A stretch of DNA of 64,000 nt from Candidatus Eiseniibacteriota bacterium (GTDB taxonomy: Bacteria > Eisenbacteria > RBG-16-71-46): NCBI GenBank assembly GCA_044222065.1, contig JBGAOA010000012.1, positions 1 to 64,000 on the forward strand. The letters are read 5' to 3'. A model generated the notes under the pieces. That model had not been told where the DNA came from. It searched no databases and saw only the letters and a program-made list of their open reading frames with translations. A program made the translations under genes and the position numbers. Of the stretch, positions 29,209 to 39,784 are shown in pieces; position 1 is the stretch's first letter; each line of letters starts with the position of its first letter.

Positions 29209-30228
29209 ATGAGAATGCAGCGACTTCTGCTTGCCGTTCCCGCGATGCTGTTGTGCGCGGCGACGGCTCACGCCCAGTTCGTGAACACGATGACCTGGGG
29301 CTCGCTGGGCGCGGGCGCGGGGCAGTTCAACCGCCCGCTCGCGATCGCCGTCGATCCGACCACGCTCGACGTCTTCGTCGCCGACACCCAGAACCAGCGC
29401 ATTCAGTCGTTCACGCAGTCGGGTGCGAACTTCAACACGATGAACTTCGTCGCCATGTGGGGTTCGTTCGGTACGGCGAACGGCCAGTTCCGCACGCCGG
29501 CGTCCGTCGCCTGTGACGGGCTCGGCAACGTGTTCGTGATGGATCAGGCGAACAACCGCGTCCAGAAGTTCACGACGGGCGGCGCGTTCGTGGCCAAGTG
29601 GGGAACGCTCGGCTCGGCGAACGGCCAGTTCCGCTTCGCGAGCGGCATCGCGTGCGACGCGGCAGGCAACGTGTACGTGGCCGACACGCAGAACCATCGC
29701 ATCCAGAAGTTCGACAACAGCGGGACGTTCCTGCTCGCGTTCGGCACGTTCGGCGCGGGCTCGGGCTCGCAGATGAACGGTCCGCACGGCGTCGCCGTGG
29801 ACGCCCTCGGCAACGTCTGGGTCGGCGACTACGGCAACAACCGCCTCAAGAAGTTCAGCGCGGCCGGCGCGTGGATCGCGGACTTCGGTTCGCTCGGCTC
29901 GGGCAACGGTAACTTCTCCGGCCTCGAGCAGCTCGACATCGCGACCATGTCCGGTTACGCGGACAACGTGTTCGTCGCGGACGCGGGCAACAATCGCGTG
30001 ATCGTCCGCAACAACGCCGGCACGTACGTGGGCCAGTTCGGCACGTTCGGCGTGGGCGCCTCCAACTTCACGACGAGCACGGGCGTTGCGCTCGGCCGCG
30101 GCTGGGCCGGCGCCGATGAGTGCGTGTACGTCGTCGACTCGGGCAACAACCGTTGCTCGCGCTGGTGCCTGCAGGCCGTGGACGCGAACACCACCACGTG
30201 GGGTCGCGTGAAGCAGCTGTACCGGTAG
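29209..30228 (+). CDS. Secreted NHL-repeat beta-propeller protein ending in TWGRVKQLYR
   Basis: Signal peptide; six NHL repeats (GQF..P..IA.D..GNVYVADT.N.RIQKF); GAGGAAGGA RBS. Confidence 0.93.
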   Translation: MRMQRLLLAVPAMLLCAATAHAQFVNTMTWGSLGAGAGQFNRPLAIAVDPTTLDVFVADTQNQRIQSFTQSGANFNTMNFVAMWGSFGTANGQFRTPASVACDGLGNVFVMDQANNRVQKFTTGGAFVAKWGTLGSANGQFRFASGIACDAAGNVYVADTQNHRIQKFDNSGTFLLAFGTFGAGSGSQMNGPHGVAVDALGNVWVGDYGNNRLKKFSAAGAWIADFGSLGSGNGNFSGLEQLDIATMSGYADNVFVADAGNNRVIVRNNAGTYVGQFGTFGVGASNFTTSTGVALGRGWAGADECVYVVDSGNNRCSRWCLQAVDANTTTWGRVKQLYR

Positions 30229-30242
30229 TCCGAAAAGAATTC

Positions 30243-30280
30243 GAACGGGCGGGGCCTCGCGGTCCCGCCCGTTTCGTTTT
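30243..30280 (+). terminator. Intrinsic terminator
   Basis: AACGGGCGGGGCC-TCGC-GGTCCCGCCCGTT followed by TCGTTTT. Confidence 0.8.
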
Positions 30281-30293
30281 CGCCCGTTCGTCC

Positions 30294-31208
30294 TCAGTGG
30301 CGCGCGCGACGCAGTTCGCTGAGGAGCGCGATGCCGAGCCCCGCGAGCACGAGGGCCGAACCGGCGAACTCCGCGACCGTGAGCCGCTCGTGCAGGAACA
30401 GCGCGCCGAGGACGAGCGCCACGACGGGCACGATCACCGAGATGAAACTCGTGCGCGTCACGGGCCAGCGCGTGACGAGCCAGGCGTAGGTCACGAACGC
30501 GACCAGCGAGCCGAACACGGTCAGGTAGAGCACGGAGAGCCAGCCGCCGCTCGTTCCCGGAAGAGCGTGCGACTCGCCCGTGACGACGCTCGCGAGCCCG
30601 CACACGACGATGCCGACGAGCGCGCCCGCGGCGTTCGCGCCGATCGGCGACTGGCGCGGGCCGAGCTTGAGCACGATGCCCGACAGCGATGCGCAGGTGG
30701 CCGCGGTGAGCACGAGGCCGATCGCGAGCGGCGAGACCGCGCCGCCGAGTTGTCCCGCCGAGATCCACGCGACGCCGCCGAGCGCGACGAGGGCGCCCGC
30801 GACCTTCGGCGCCGAGAGCCGCTCGAGGCCGAACGCGCGCGCGAACAGCGCGGTCGAGAGCGGAATCGTCGCGTACACGACCGCCGTGAGCCCCGAACTC
30901 ACCGAGCGCTCGCCCACGTAGAGCAGCGCGAAGCTGAGCCCGAAGTTCAGGAAGCCGAAGCCGAGCGCGTGCCGCAGCGCGGCGCCGGACGGGAACCGCT
31001 CGCGCCGCAGCGCGAGGATCGCGAGCAGCAGCGTCTCCGCGAGCACGAGCCGCAGCGTCGCCGCCCACAGCGCCGGCAGCGTTTCGTTGCCGATCCGGAT
31101 GACGAGGAACGTGCTGCCCCAGACCGTGCTGCAGAGCGCGAACGCGCCCCACGCCGTTCCGCCCGGCGCGGGCCGGGCCTCGGAGGCGTCAGCCACGGCG
31201 CCGCTCAC
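30294..31208 (-). CDS. EamA/DMT family transporter
   Basis: About 10 TM helices; VWGSTFLVI, YL.VFGSLVAF..Y, PVVALVLG..FLHE; start may be GTG 31196. Confidence 0.92.
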   Translation of the reverse strand: MSGAVADASEARPAPGGTAWGAFALCSTVWGSTFLVIRIGNETLPALWAATLRLVLAETLLLAILALRRERFPSGAALRHALGFGFLNFGLSFALLYVGERSVSSGLTAVVYATIPLSTALFARAFGLERLSAPKVAGALVALGGVAWISAGQLGGAVSPLAIGLVLTAATCASLSGIVLKLGPRQSPIGANAAGALVGIVVCGLASVVTGESHALPGTSGGWLSVLYLTVFGSLVAFVTYAWLVTRWPVTRTSFISVIVPVVALVLGALFLHERLTVAEFAGSALVLAGLGIALLSELRRARH

Positions 31209-31229
31209 GCTGCGCGCCCGCCGCGCGCG

Positions 31230-32434
31230 TCATTCGACGCGTGCGCCCTGCGCGATCCAGGCGCCGAGCGCCGCGCGCTCGTCGTCGGTCATGCCGGTGA
31301 GGTTGCCGAGCGGCATCGTCTTCGTCGTGACGGCGCGCACGAGGATGCGCGGCGCGAGTGCCCGGATCTGCTCCGGACGCTCGAGCACGATGCCGCTCGG
31401 CGGCACCAGGAACGACGGGTTCGTGGGATCACGTGGAGTGGCAGGTGCAGCAACTGCTCGAGATCACCGTCGACCTCGGCGAACGCGACGAGCAGCGCGC
31501 CCGTCGCGCCGGCAGGAGCCGCGGCCGTGCTGGCCTCGCGCAGCGTCAGCGCGATGCCGGCGATCAGGCCGTTGGTGGCCGCGATCAGCGACGACCTGAA
31601 CAGGCGAGCCGGGCAAGCATTCAGGACGATGGCGAGCGCCGCGCCGAAAGCCGCGACGAGCACGAGCACGAGCCAGTTGAGCGGATGGCCGTAGAGGCTC
31701 GGGAAGTGCGGGCTCAGCATGAGGAACACGACCGGAAGCGTCGCGTAGTGGTTGTGGATCGAGCGCTGCTTCGCGCGTGCGCCGAGCGCCGCATCGGCCG
31801 CGCCGCCGGCGCGGGTCGCGGCCAGCATCTGCGACTGCGCCGGGATGATCCGCCGCCACACGTTGCCCGCCATCACGGTCGCGATCATCGCTCCGAGCTG
31901 GAGGAAGGCCGCGCGGCCCGGGAAGAGCCGCGTGACGCCCCACGCCGCGAGCACGAACAGCACGCCCGACAGCGCGGACGCGAGCCGGGGCGAGCGCCCG
32001 AGCGGCGAACTCCAGAGGCCGTCGTAGACGAGCCAGCCGGCCGCGAGCAGCGCGAGGCTCACGCCGACGGCCTGGCCGTGGTCGAGCGGCGTCACGCCGG
32101 GCTCGATCAGCGCCGCGCTCGAGCCGAGGTGGTACGTGACGACGAGCAGCAGGAAGCCCGAGATCCAGGTCGCGTACGCCTGCCACTTGAACCAGTGGAG
32201 CGAGCCCGGGAGCTCGTCCCGCCGCAGCGTGCGGCGCTTCACGAGTTCGTAGAAGCCGCCGCTGTGGACCATCCACAGCTCGCCCACGACGTCGCCCTCG
32301 CGCGGCCGGCTCGGCTTCTCGAGGTGCGAGTCCATCCACATGAAGAGGAACGAGTCGCCGATCCACAGGATGCCCGCGAGCACGTGGGTCCAGCGGACGA
32401 GCAGGTTGAGCCATTCGAGAGCGAGCGCGGTCAC
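31230..32434 (-). pseudogene. puuD: Urate hydroxylase PuuD with C-terminal cytochrome c, interrupted by two frameshifts near 31430-31475 (possible sequence error)
   Basis: LVRWTHV..GILWIGDSF, WMVHSGGFY, LHWFKWQAY, RSIHNHY; CxxCH (CCTCH) is in a second frame and MPLGNLTGMTDDERAALGAWIAQGA in a third, ending TGA at 31230. Confidence 0.85.
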
Positions 32435-32535
32435 CGATTCCGTCTCCGTGCGAAAGAGGGTGCGGCAGGATACGGAAAAGCGCTCGGCGGGTCACGCGCC
32501 GGCGTGCGCACGGCGCGGAGCGGGGCGCGCGGCGC

Positions 32536-33189
32536 TCAGCGCGCCGGCAGCGCCTGCAGCGTGGAGCGCACGAACGCGCCCGTGGTGGAACGCGCCTCGA
32601 CCTGCCAGTAGATCGGCGCGGGCAGCGTCGCCGGGAGCGACTCGCGACGGAGTTCGAACGAACGATCGAGCCCCGCGGGGAAGCGCGCGATCTCGCCGAG
32701 GTCGGGGCCCACGACCAGCACCTCGTAGGACGCGGCGTTCGCGAGTTCGGACCATTCGAGCGACCACGTTTCGCCGCGCGCGACGGCCGGGCGCAGCCGC
32801 ACGCTCGCGGGGTCGGCGACTTCGCCGCGCAGCCGCTCCGCGCGGTCGAGCGGACGCGGCGCGAGATAGGCGATCGCCGCGATCGCGAGCACCGCCGCAG
32901 CCGCCGCGACGAGGCGCATCATCGGCGCCCCGGAGCGAGGAAAGGGAAGCACCTTCGCGCCCTGTTTCGGCGCGCTGCCCGTCAGGCGGGCGACGTAGGC
33001 GTCGAGCGCCGTCGCGGCCGCGGGATCCGCGAGCGGGGCCGGCTCGACGCCGCGCTCGAACGCGGCGAGCGAACGCGCGATCGCCGCACAGCGCGCGCAC
33101 TCCCGCACGTGCCGGAGGGCAGTCGAGTCCTCGGGATCGTGGAGCGCGCGATCGATCTCGACGGCCGTGAGACAGGCGTTCGCGTTCAT
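32536..33189 (-). CDS. Putative zinc-binding (ZAS) membrane anti-sigma factor
   Basis: ATGA overlap with ECF gene; HVRECARC (HxxxCxxC); one TM helix; C-terminal beta-rich domain. Confidence 0.8.
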   Translation of the reverse strand: MNANACLTAVEIDRALHDPEDSTALRHVRECARCAAIARSLAAFERGVEPAPLADPAAATALDAYVARLTGSAPKQGAKVLPFPRSGAPMMRLVAAAAAVLAIAAIAYLAPRPLDRAERLRGEVADPASVRLRPAVARGETWSLEWSELANAASYEVLVVGPDLGEIARFPAGLDRSFELRRESLPATLPAPIYWQVEARSTTGAFVRSTLQALPAR

Positions 33190-33770
33190 GAAGGGTCCGT
33201 CCTTTCCCCGGCGCCTTCGAGCGCCGCGCGCAGCTTGCGCCGCGCGGTCTGCAACAGCCCCCGCGCCCCGGTCGCGTTGTCGAGCCCGAGTACGCGAGTG
33301 ATCTGCTCCACCGACAGTTCTTCCTGCGCCCGCAACCACAACGCGGTGCGCTCCCGTTCGTCGAGATGCGTTCGCATCAGGTCGAGGACGCGATCCAGTT
33401 CGCTGCGCTGCTCCCACGATTCGTCCGGTTCGAGCGCCGGATCGAACACGCTCAGCTCGTCGTCGTCCCGAAGCCGTTCCGTCTTGCGCCGGCGCAGCTC
33501 CGAAAGGCACCGATGGCGGACGATCGTGTAGGCCCACGAGGCGAACCGATCCCGGGTCTCGAAGCCCGGCAACGCCCGGTACATCGCGAGCAGCACGTCC
33601 TGGCTCAGCTCCATCGCCCGTTCGCGATCCCGGACGAACCACGAGCACCACGCGTAGACGCGGCTCCGCCAGCGTTGCAGCAATGTCGCGGCGGCGGCGC
33701 GTCCGGCGGAGCTCGCCGGATCGACCTGAAAGGCCCGGACGAGGTCCTCGTCGGAGCGTGCGGCTTCCAT
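33186..33770 (-). CDS. ECF RNA polymerase sigma factor
   Basis: SDEDLV, ELSQDVLL, FASWAYTIVRH (region 2); LSVEQI..VLGL..ARRKLR (region 4). Confidence 0.9.
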   Translation of the reverse strand: MEAARSDEDLVRAFQVDPASSAGRAAAATLLQRWRSRVYAWCSWFVRDRERAMELSQDVLLAMYRALPGFETRDRFASWAYTIVRHRCLSELRRRKTERLRDDDELSVFDPALEPDESWEQRSELDRVLDLMRTHLDERERTALWLRAQEELSVEQITRVLGLDNATGARGLLQTARRKLRAALEGAGERTDPS

Positions 33771-33879
33771 GGAGCAAACTCCATTGGTTCGGAACCGTCA
33801 CAGCGCTGGGATGAAGAAAGTCCGGCGACTCTACCGCACCGGACCGCCGCTGCGGCATCGGCCGTTCCCGCCGCGGGCT

Positions 33880-35355
33880 TCAGCGCCCGACGAGTGCGAA
33901 TCGCACGGGCGGGAGCCCGGCCGGAACCTCGGCGCGCGCGAAATAGACCCCGGCCGGAAGCGGCCGACCGCCCCGGTCCCGGCCGTCCCACGCCGTCTCG
34001 TGACGCCCGGCGGGCAGGTCGCCGTCGAACGCGACGCCGAGCCGGCGTCCCGCGGCATCGTGGACGACGAGGCGCACGCGGCCCGGGGCCGCGGTGACGA
34101 ATCGCAGCGCGACGCGGCCGTCCGCGAGCGGGATCGCCGCGAGCTTCGGCGGCCCGTCCCCGCCGCCGGACGGCTCGCGCGCGGGCGGAAGCGGGCCCGG
34201 CGTGCGCTCCGGTCCGCGGGCGGCGGGAGGGTCGTTCGCGCCGGGCTCGCGGTCGTGGACGTCGAGCGCGAGCGGGTCGTCGCGCAGCGCGACGAGCGCG
34301 GCGAGCGACCAGAACAGCACGCTCATGTTGACGACCGACGTGTCCGCGATCGTCCACGGGTAGTAGGGATCGCTCGGCGGCGGCAGGAAGTCCCACTTGT
34401 CGGCGAACGCGCCGCCGCGCTCGAGCGAGGCGAGGAAGCGCGCGACGCGCGGATACGCGGGCGAAGCGAAGCGGCCGAACAGCAGCGCCGTGTAGCCGAC
34501 CTCGTTCGTGAACGCGCGCGTGTCGTAGTCGATCCCGCAGCCCGAGGCGACGCTCCAGTAGTACCGGACGCAGCCCGGATACTCGTCGCACGGCGCCTCG
34601 TACAGGGACACGCCCCGATCGTCGGTGCGCGACTCGAGGAACGCGAGCATGCCCGCGACCATCGGCCCGATGCGCGGATCGGGCAGCAGGCGGTCGAGCA
34701 GGATGAACTCCTGCGTCATCCACGCCGTGTAGTGGATGTCCTCCGAGCCCGGACACCAGTGCGGGAAGCTGCCGTCGGCGTTCTGGAAGCCGATCTCGGA
34801 GCCGATGATCTCGCGCGTCTTCGCCTCGTACGACGGATCGCCCGTCAGGCGGTGGTACTTCGCGAGCGCGAGCGCCGACATGAGCCCGCCGTTCAGGATG
34901 CTCTCGCCGTAAGGCAGCGACCGCAGCTGCTGGGCGACGATGCGGCCGTGGTCGAAGTGGCGCGGATCGCGCGTGACGTCGTACGCCTCGAGCAGCGCGT
35001 AGCCCAGCATGCCGTCGAACGACGTGAACGAGCGGATCTCGTCGAAGTGCGCGAGCAGGTAGTCGGCACGCTCGCGGATGTCGCGCGCGAGTTCGGGATC
35101 CGGCGTCACGCGATACAGCTCCTCGTAGCCGAGGAGCTGCGAGACGACCGACAGCCGGATGACTTCCGTCGGCGCGAGGTCGTAGCGCGAATCGAGGCAC
35201 ACGCCGTCCGCTTCGTGCGCGTGGAAGTAGCGGTTCAGCCGCTCGACGATGCCCGGGACGGGGTCGGGTTCGAAGTTCTGGGCGTACGCATCCGGCGCCG
35301 GCGTGAGCGCGCAGACGAGCGATGCGACGAGCGGAAGAGCGAAGCGAGCGTTCAT
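33880..35355 (-). CDS. Secreted alpha/alpha-toroid-like protein with FlgD-Ig/T9SS-like CTD
   Basis: Signal peptide; helical repeats YRVT.D / YDVT.D / HRLTGD and QNADGSF; HDAAGRRL..WDGRD..GVYFAR tail. Confidence 0.72.
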   Translation of the reverse strand: MNARFALPLVASLVCALTPAPDAYAQNFEPDPVPGIVERLNRYFHAHEADGVCLDSRYDLAPTEVIRLSVVSQLLGYEELYRVTPDPELARDIRERADYLLAHFDEIRSFTSFDGMLGYALLEAYDVTRDPRHFDHGRIVAQQLRSLPYGESILNGGLMSALALAKYHRLTGDPSYEAKTREIIGSEIGFQNADGSFPHWCPGSEDIHYTAWMTQEFILLDRLLPDPRIGPMVAGMLAFLESRTDDRGVSLYEAPCDEYPGCVRYYWSVASGCGIDYDTRAFTNEVGYTALLFGRFASPAYPRVARFLASLERGGAFADKWDFLPPPSDPYYPWTIADTSVVNMSVLFWSLAALVALRDDPLALDVHDREPGANDPPAARGPERTPGPLPPAREPSGGGDGPPKLAAIPLADGRVALRFVTAAPGRVRLVVHDAAGRRLGVAFDGDLPAGRHETAWDGRDRGGRPLPAGVYFARAEVPAGLPPVRFALVGR

Positions 35356-35796
35356 GCGGCTCCGTCGAGACGGCCGGGCGAGCCCGCCGCGATGTTCCGT
35401 CATCGAGTCCCGGGGCGCCAGCGCGTTGCGCGTGCGGGGACCGCACGCGCGCTCCACTCGGCCGTCCTGCGCGATCTCGCGCCGCGCGTCGTTGCGCCGG
35501 GCGATCGTGCCGCCGAGCCGGCAACCGCCGCCGTTCACGGGCACGCTGGAGCGGCCCGAGGCGCTCGGGCTCGCGCCGACCGGGACGCCGCCGCCCGGCA
35601 GCGAGCCCGCGCGCGGTTCGTCCCTCGGGCGGAATCGCAGGTGGACGAGGCCGTCCCGGGGGACGCTGGACGGGCTCCACGCGCCCGGATCGGTGAACGC
35701 GCCGCCGAGCGGGGCAGCGCGCAGCAGGGCGGGCAGGAGCCGGGCGGTTGCGCTGCGTTAGACTCGCGCCGCCCGTCGGCTCGGACGCGAGGGACC

Positions 35797-36363
35797 ATGG
35801 ACGCCGTCGAGATCACCCAGATGCTGATGCGCGCGCGCGGCGGCGACCGCGGTGCGCGCGACGACCTGCTCGCCGCCGTCTATGGCGAGCTCCTGCGGCT
35901 CGCGCGCGCGCGCCGGCCGAATGCAGCGCCGGACGGACTGCTCGACACGACGGCGCTGGTGCACGAGGCGTTCCTCAAGCTGTTCGATCGCGGCTCGCTC
36001 GACGTCGTGGACCGCGAGCACTTCTTCGCCGTCGCGGCGTCCGCGATGCGGCAGATCGTCGTGGACGACGCGCGCCAGCGCGGGAGCCTCAAGCGGGGCG
36101 GCGGCCGCCGGCGCGTCGAACTCGAGAGCCAGCTCGCCGGAGAGGACGATCGCGTCGAGGAGATCCTCGCGGTGGATCAGGCGCTCGAGCGGCTCGCCTC
36201 GATGGACCCGCGGCTCGCGCGCGTGGTCGAGTTGCGCTTCTTCGCCGGACTCTCGGCGGAGGAAGTCGCCGAGGCGATCGGCCGCGACGTGCGCACCGTG
36301 CACCGCGACTGGCGCAAGGCGCGCGCCGTCCTCGCCGGCTTGCTCGGAGGCCCCGAGGCCTAG
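35797..36363 (+). CDS. ECF sigma factor, Ser/Thr-kinase-associated (TIGR02999-like) type
   Basis: EITQML, VYGELLRLA, TTALVHEAFLKL, REHFFAVAASAMRQIVVD.AR, KRGGG, VELRFFAGLS, TVHRDW. Confidence 0.93.
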   Translation: MDAVEITQMLMRARGGDRGARDDLLAAVYGELLRLARARRPNAAPDGLLDTTALVHEAFLKLFDRGSLDVVDREHFFAVAASAMRQIVVDDARQRGSLKRGGGRRRVELESQLAGEDDRVEEILAVDQALERLASMDPRLARVVELRFFAGLSAEEVAEAIGRDVRTVHRDWRKARAVLAGLLGGPEA

Positions 36364-36415
36364 GCGCACGAGGTTCCGGCGCGGCGACACGCGCCAGCGC
36401 GCCGTCGCCGAGCGC

Positions 36416-39400
36416 TCAACGCCGAGGGTTCGGGCCCCGGGTGCGCGTGCGCGACCGCCAGGCGTCCGCCGAGTCCCCGCGGCCCCACGCCGTGTACGCG
36501 GACACGAGCCGTTCCCGCGCCGAGTCGACGAGTTCGTTCTCGACCTCGGCATCGGCGTCGAGCGACCGGTAGCCGCGAACGAGCAGCGACTCGGCTTCGA
36601 CCGATCGTCCCCGTTCGGCGAGCAGCCCTCCGAGTTCGCTCTCCGCCCGGCCGACTTCCCAGTGGTCGGCCGGCAGCGTCCGGCGCAACTGGGCGATCGT
36701 CTCGCGCGCCCAGCGCTCGGCTTCGCCGTGCCGCCCCTGCGCGAGGCACAGTCGCGAGAGGTGACGCAGGGTCTTGGCCGCGTAGCGATCGTGCTCGCCG
36801 CGGAGCGCCCGCACGCGGGCGACGCGCGCGAGCAGCAACGGCTCGAGTTCCCTCGTCGCATGGCGCGCCGACAGCAGGCGCACGAGCATTTCCTCGGTTG
36901 TCCACGAGCGCACGCCGTCCGGGAGCGCGAGCGCATCCCGAAGGCTCGCGACGGCGAGGTTCGTATCGCCCGCCGCCACGGCGGCGAAGCCGAGGGCGCG
37001 CAGCGCCGTGTAGTCCGTGCGCCGCGTTCGTTCGACGGCTCGCGAGGCGAATGCCACGGCGCGGCGCGGATCGCGCACGTCGGGCGGTTCGGCTTCGGTC
37101 AGGTAGAGCGCCGCCTCGGTGAGGGCGCTCGGGTCCGCATCGGGCGCCGCGGCGACCCTCAGGTACAGGGCGCGGATCTGGCGCGCGATCGCTCGCGCCT
37201 CAGCGTCGCGTCCTTCGTCGAGCCGCAGGTACACGATTCCCCGCAGGGCCTGGATCGTCTGCGGATGCGCGGGGCCGAGCGTGGTCGCGCACACCCGGTA
37301 CGCTTCGCGATAGGCCGAATCGGCGCGCGCGAAGTGGCCGGCGCTTCGGAGCATCACGGCGAGATCGCGGAGCGCCATCAGCGTGCGCGGGTGCGCGGGG
37401 CCGAGCGAGCGGCGGTAGATCGCCACGGCGCGCTCGAGCCAGCGCACGGATTCCTCGTGGCGCGCGGCGCTGTCGAGCGCTTCGGCGAGACCGAGCATCG
37501 CGTCGGCCGTCGCCGGATGCTCCTCGCCGTTGAGTCGGGCGCTGCCTCGGACGGCGTCCCCGAGCACGCGCGCCGCCTCGGTGAATCGCAGGTCTGCGCG
37601 CAGAGCGCGGCCGCGCTTGAGTTCCGTGGCGACCACCAGCGGGTGGCCGGGGCCGACGTGACGCAGCTCGGCGTCCAGCATGTCCCGCAGCAGCGAGTCC
37701 GCCGCGCGCGCCCGCGACTGCCTCGACCACACGTCGGCGAGCGACGACTGGATCTCCACGACGAGCCGCCAGTCCCTGCCGTCCTCGGCCGGCGCCAGCG
37801 CGAGCACCGCGCGCAGGATCGAATCGGCGTCGGCGAACCGGCCGTCGGCGGCGAGCGCACGCGCGAGTCCGGCCCGGCTCCTCAACGTTTCGGTCGCGCG
37901 CGGACCGAGCCGTCGCGCCTGCTCCGCCGCCGTCGCCTCGAATTCGCGGCGCGCTTCGTCGAATCGCCCGCGGTCGAGCGCGAGATCGGCGAGCAGCGCG
38001 CGGGCCTCGAGCGACGCGCGCGCATCGGCGCCCGGGCCGGACGCGAGCAGTCGCTGCGCGGCCTCGGCGTGGACACCCGCGGAGTCGAGCCGTCCGAGCG
38101 CCTGATAGCTGCGCGCGAGCGTGAGCCGCACCGCCGCCTCGGTGCGAGGATCGTTCGGAAACGAGAGCCCCACGGTGCGCGAGGCGCTCGCGAGCACTTC
38201 GGAGACCGTGAGCGCGCGCCCGAGGCTCCGCTCGGGGCCGGGCGACTCGAGAAGTTCGCGCAGGATGAAGTCGTTGATCGCCGTGGCCTTCTGCTCGGCG
38301 GCGCGGGCGAGGTCGCGTTCGTGAGCCGCGATCCGCGCCTGGACGAGCACGCCGGCGAAGCCGGCCAGCAGAGCGAGCAGCACGAGCGCGGCCGCTCCGA
38401 CCGCGAGCCGGTTCCGGCGCACGTATTTCCGCAGGCGGTAACCGACGGTCGCGTGCCGCGCGCTTACCGGACGCTCGTCGAGCACGCTTTCGAGGTCGCG
38501 GCGGAACGCTTCGACGCTCGAGTAACGCTGCCCCGGATCGCGGTCGAGCGCCTTGAGGACGATCGAATCGAGATCCCCCGCGAGCGTGCGCGCGAGCGCC
38601 GCGGCGTCGCACCGCGCGCGAGCGCCGCGGACTCCGGCGCCGGGGGGGAGGCGCCCGGCTCTCCGCCCGCCGGCTCGCGCGCGACCGCCCGGCTCGGCGC
38701 GCGCGGATCGGAGTCGAGCACGGCGCGCTGGTGGACGAGCGGCGAGTGCGTCGTGTCGCCGTGCGCGCGCACGCCCGTTAGGAGTTCGTAGAGCACGAGC
38801 GCGAGCTGGTACTGGTCCGTCGCCGACGTCATCGGTTCGCCGAGGAACTGTTCCGGCGCCGCGTACGCGGGCGTGAGGGCGCGTGCGTTCGCGTGCGTCG
38901 CTTCGGTCGCCGCCGGCGAGTCGAGCAGCTTCGCGATGCCGAAGTCGAGCAGCTTCACCTCGCCGCGTTCGGTGACGAGGATGTTCGCGGGCTTCAGGTC
39001 GCGATGGACGACGAGCATGCCGTGCGCGTACTCCACCGCGTCGCACACCTGCCGGAACAGGCGCAGTCGCGCGCGCACGTCGAGCCGGCGCGCATCGCAC
39101 CACGCGGTGATCGGCACGCCCTCGACGAACTCCATGACGAGGTAGGGGGATCCGTCCTCGCGCACGCCGCCGTCGATCAGGCGCGCGATGTTCGGGTGCT
39201 GGAGCCGGGCGAGGATCGAGCGTTCGAGGAGGAAGCGTTCGTGCGCCGCCGGATGCCAGGCGTCCGGGCGCACGAGCTTGATCGCGACGCATTGCTCGAA
39301 CTGGCCGTCGTCGCGCTCCGCGAGCACGACCGTGCCCATGCCGCCGCGTCCGAGTTCCCGCCGCACGGCCCATGCGCCGATGCGCATCCCCGGAGTGACG

Positions 39401-39624
39401 GGGGCCGCCGTCGGCACCGAGCGACGCGGCACGGCGGGGCGCTCCAGCAGATCGCCGGAGTCGCGATCGGCGCGCAGCAGCGATTCCATGAGCGCGCGCT
39501 TTTCCGGTTCGGTGGCGTAGCGACGAGCGAGCTCGGCCTCGCGGGCCGGGTCGTCGAGCTCGAGCAGTTCGTCCAGGACCGGCTCCAGCTCGGGCCACAG
39601 GCTCTTCAGACGTTCGAGGTCCAA
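36416..39624 (-). CDS. Membrane Ser/Thr protein kinase with C-terminal TPR repeats; one frameshift near 38595-38650
   Basis: GRGGMG, VAIK, HRDLKPANIL, DFG, TPAYAAPEQ in one frame; LAGDLDSIVLKAL, TM helix and LG..HP.T TPRs in the next; TTG start inferred. Confidence 0.88.
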
Positions 39625-39756
39625 GGGAAGACGGCTCTCCGGGAGTGAGGCTCGGACAGGCGAGCCGGGAGCATGCCACGCGCGGGCTCCCGCAAGCGGG
39701 GGAGATTGCCCGAAACCCCTGCGCAATGCCCCGGGCGCGTCCCGGCTCGTCTTCGG

Positions 39757-39784
39757 GAACGAGAAAGCGATTCCCGGTGCGACA
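39757..39784 (-). promoter_or_regulatory. Putative ECF promoter for the kinase gene
   Basis: Minus strand TGTC-N19-CGTTC. Confidence 0.5.

Noticed and set aside
29290..30150. Periodic DNA repeats resembling an array
   Set aside because: They are degenerate coding NHL repeats, not CRISPR repeats with unique spacers; no cas genes are present.
31425..31445. TGA just after the puuD CxxCH as selenocysteine or readthrough
   Set aside because: The conserved downstream sequence is in a different frame, so readthrough would not restore it.
35356..35796. Hidden gene or RNA in the 440-nt divergent intergenic region
   Set aside because: Only short GC hairpins and ORFs without RBS or coding-like composition; nothing supportable.
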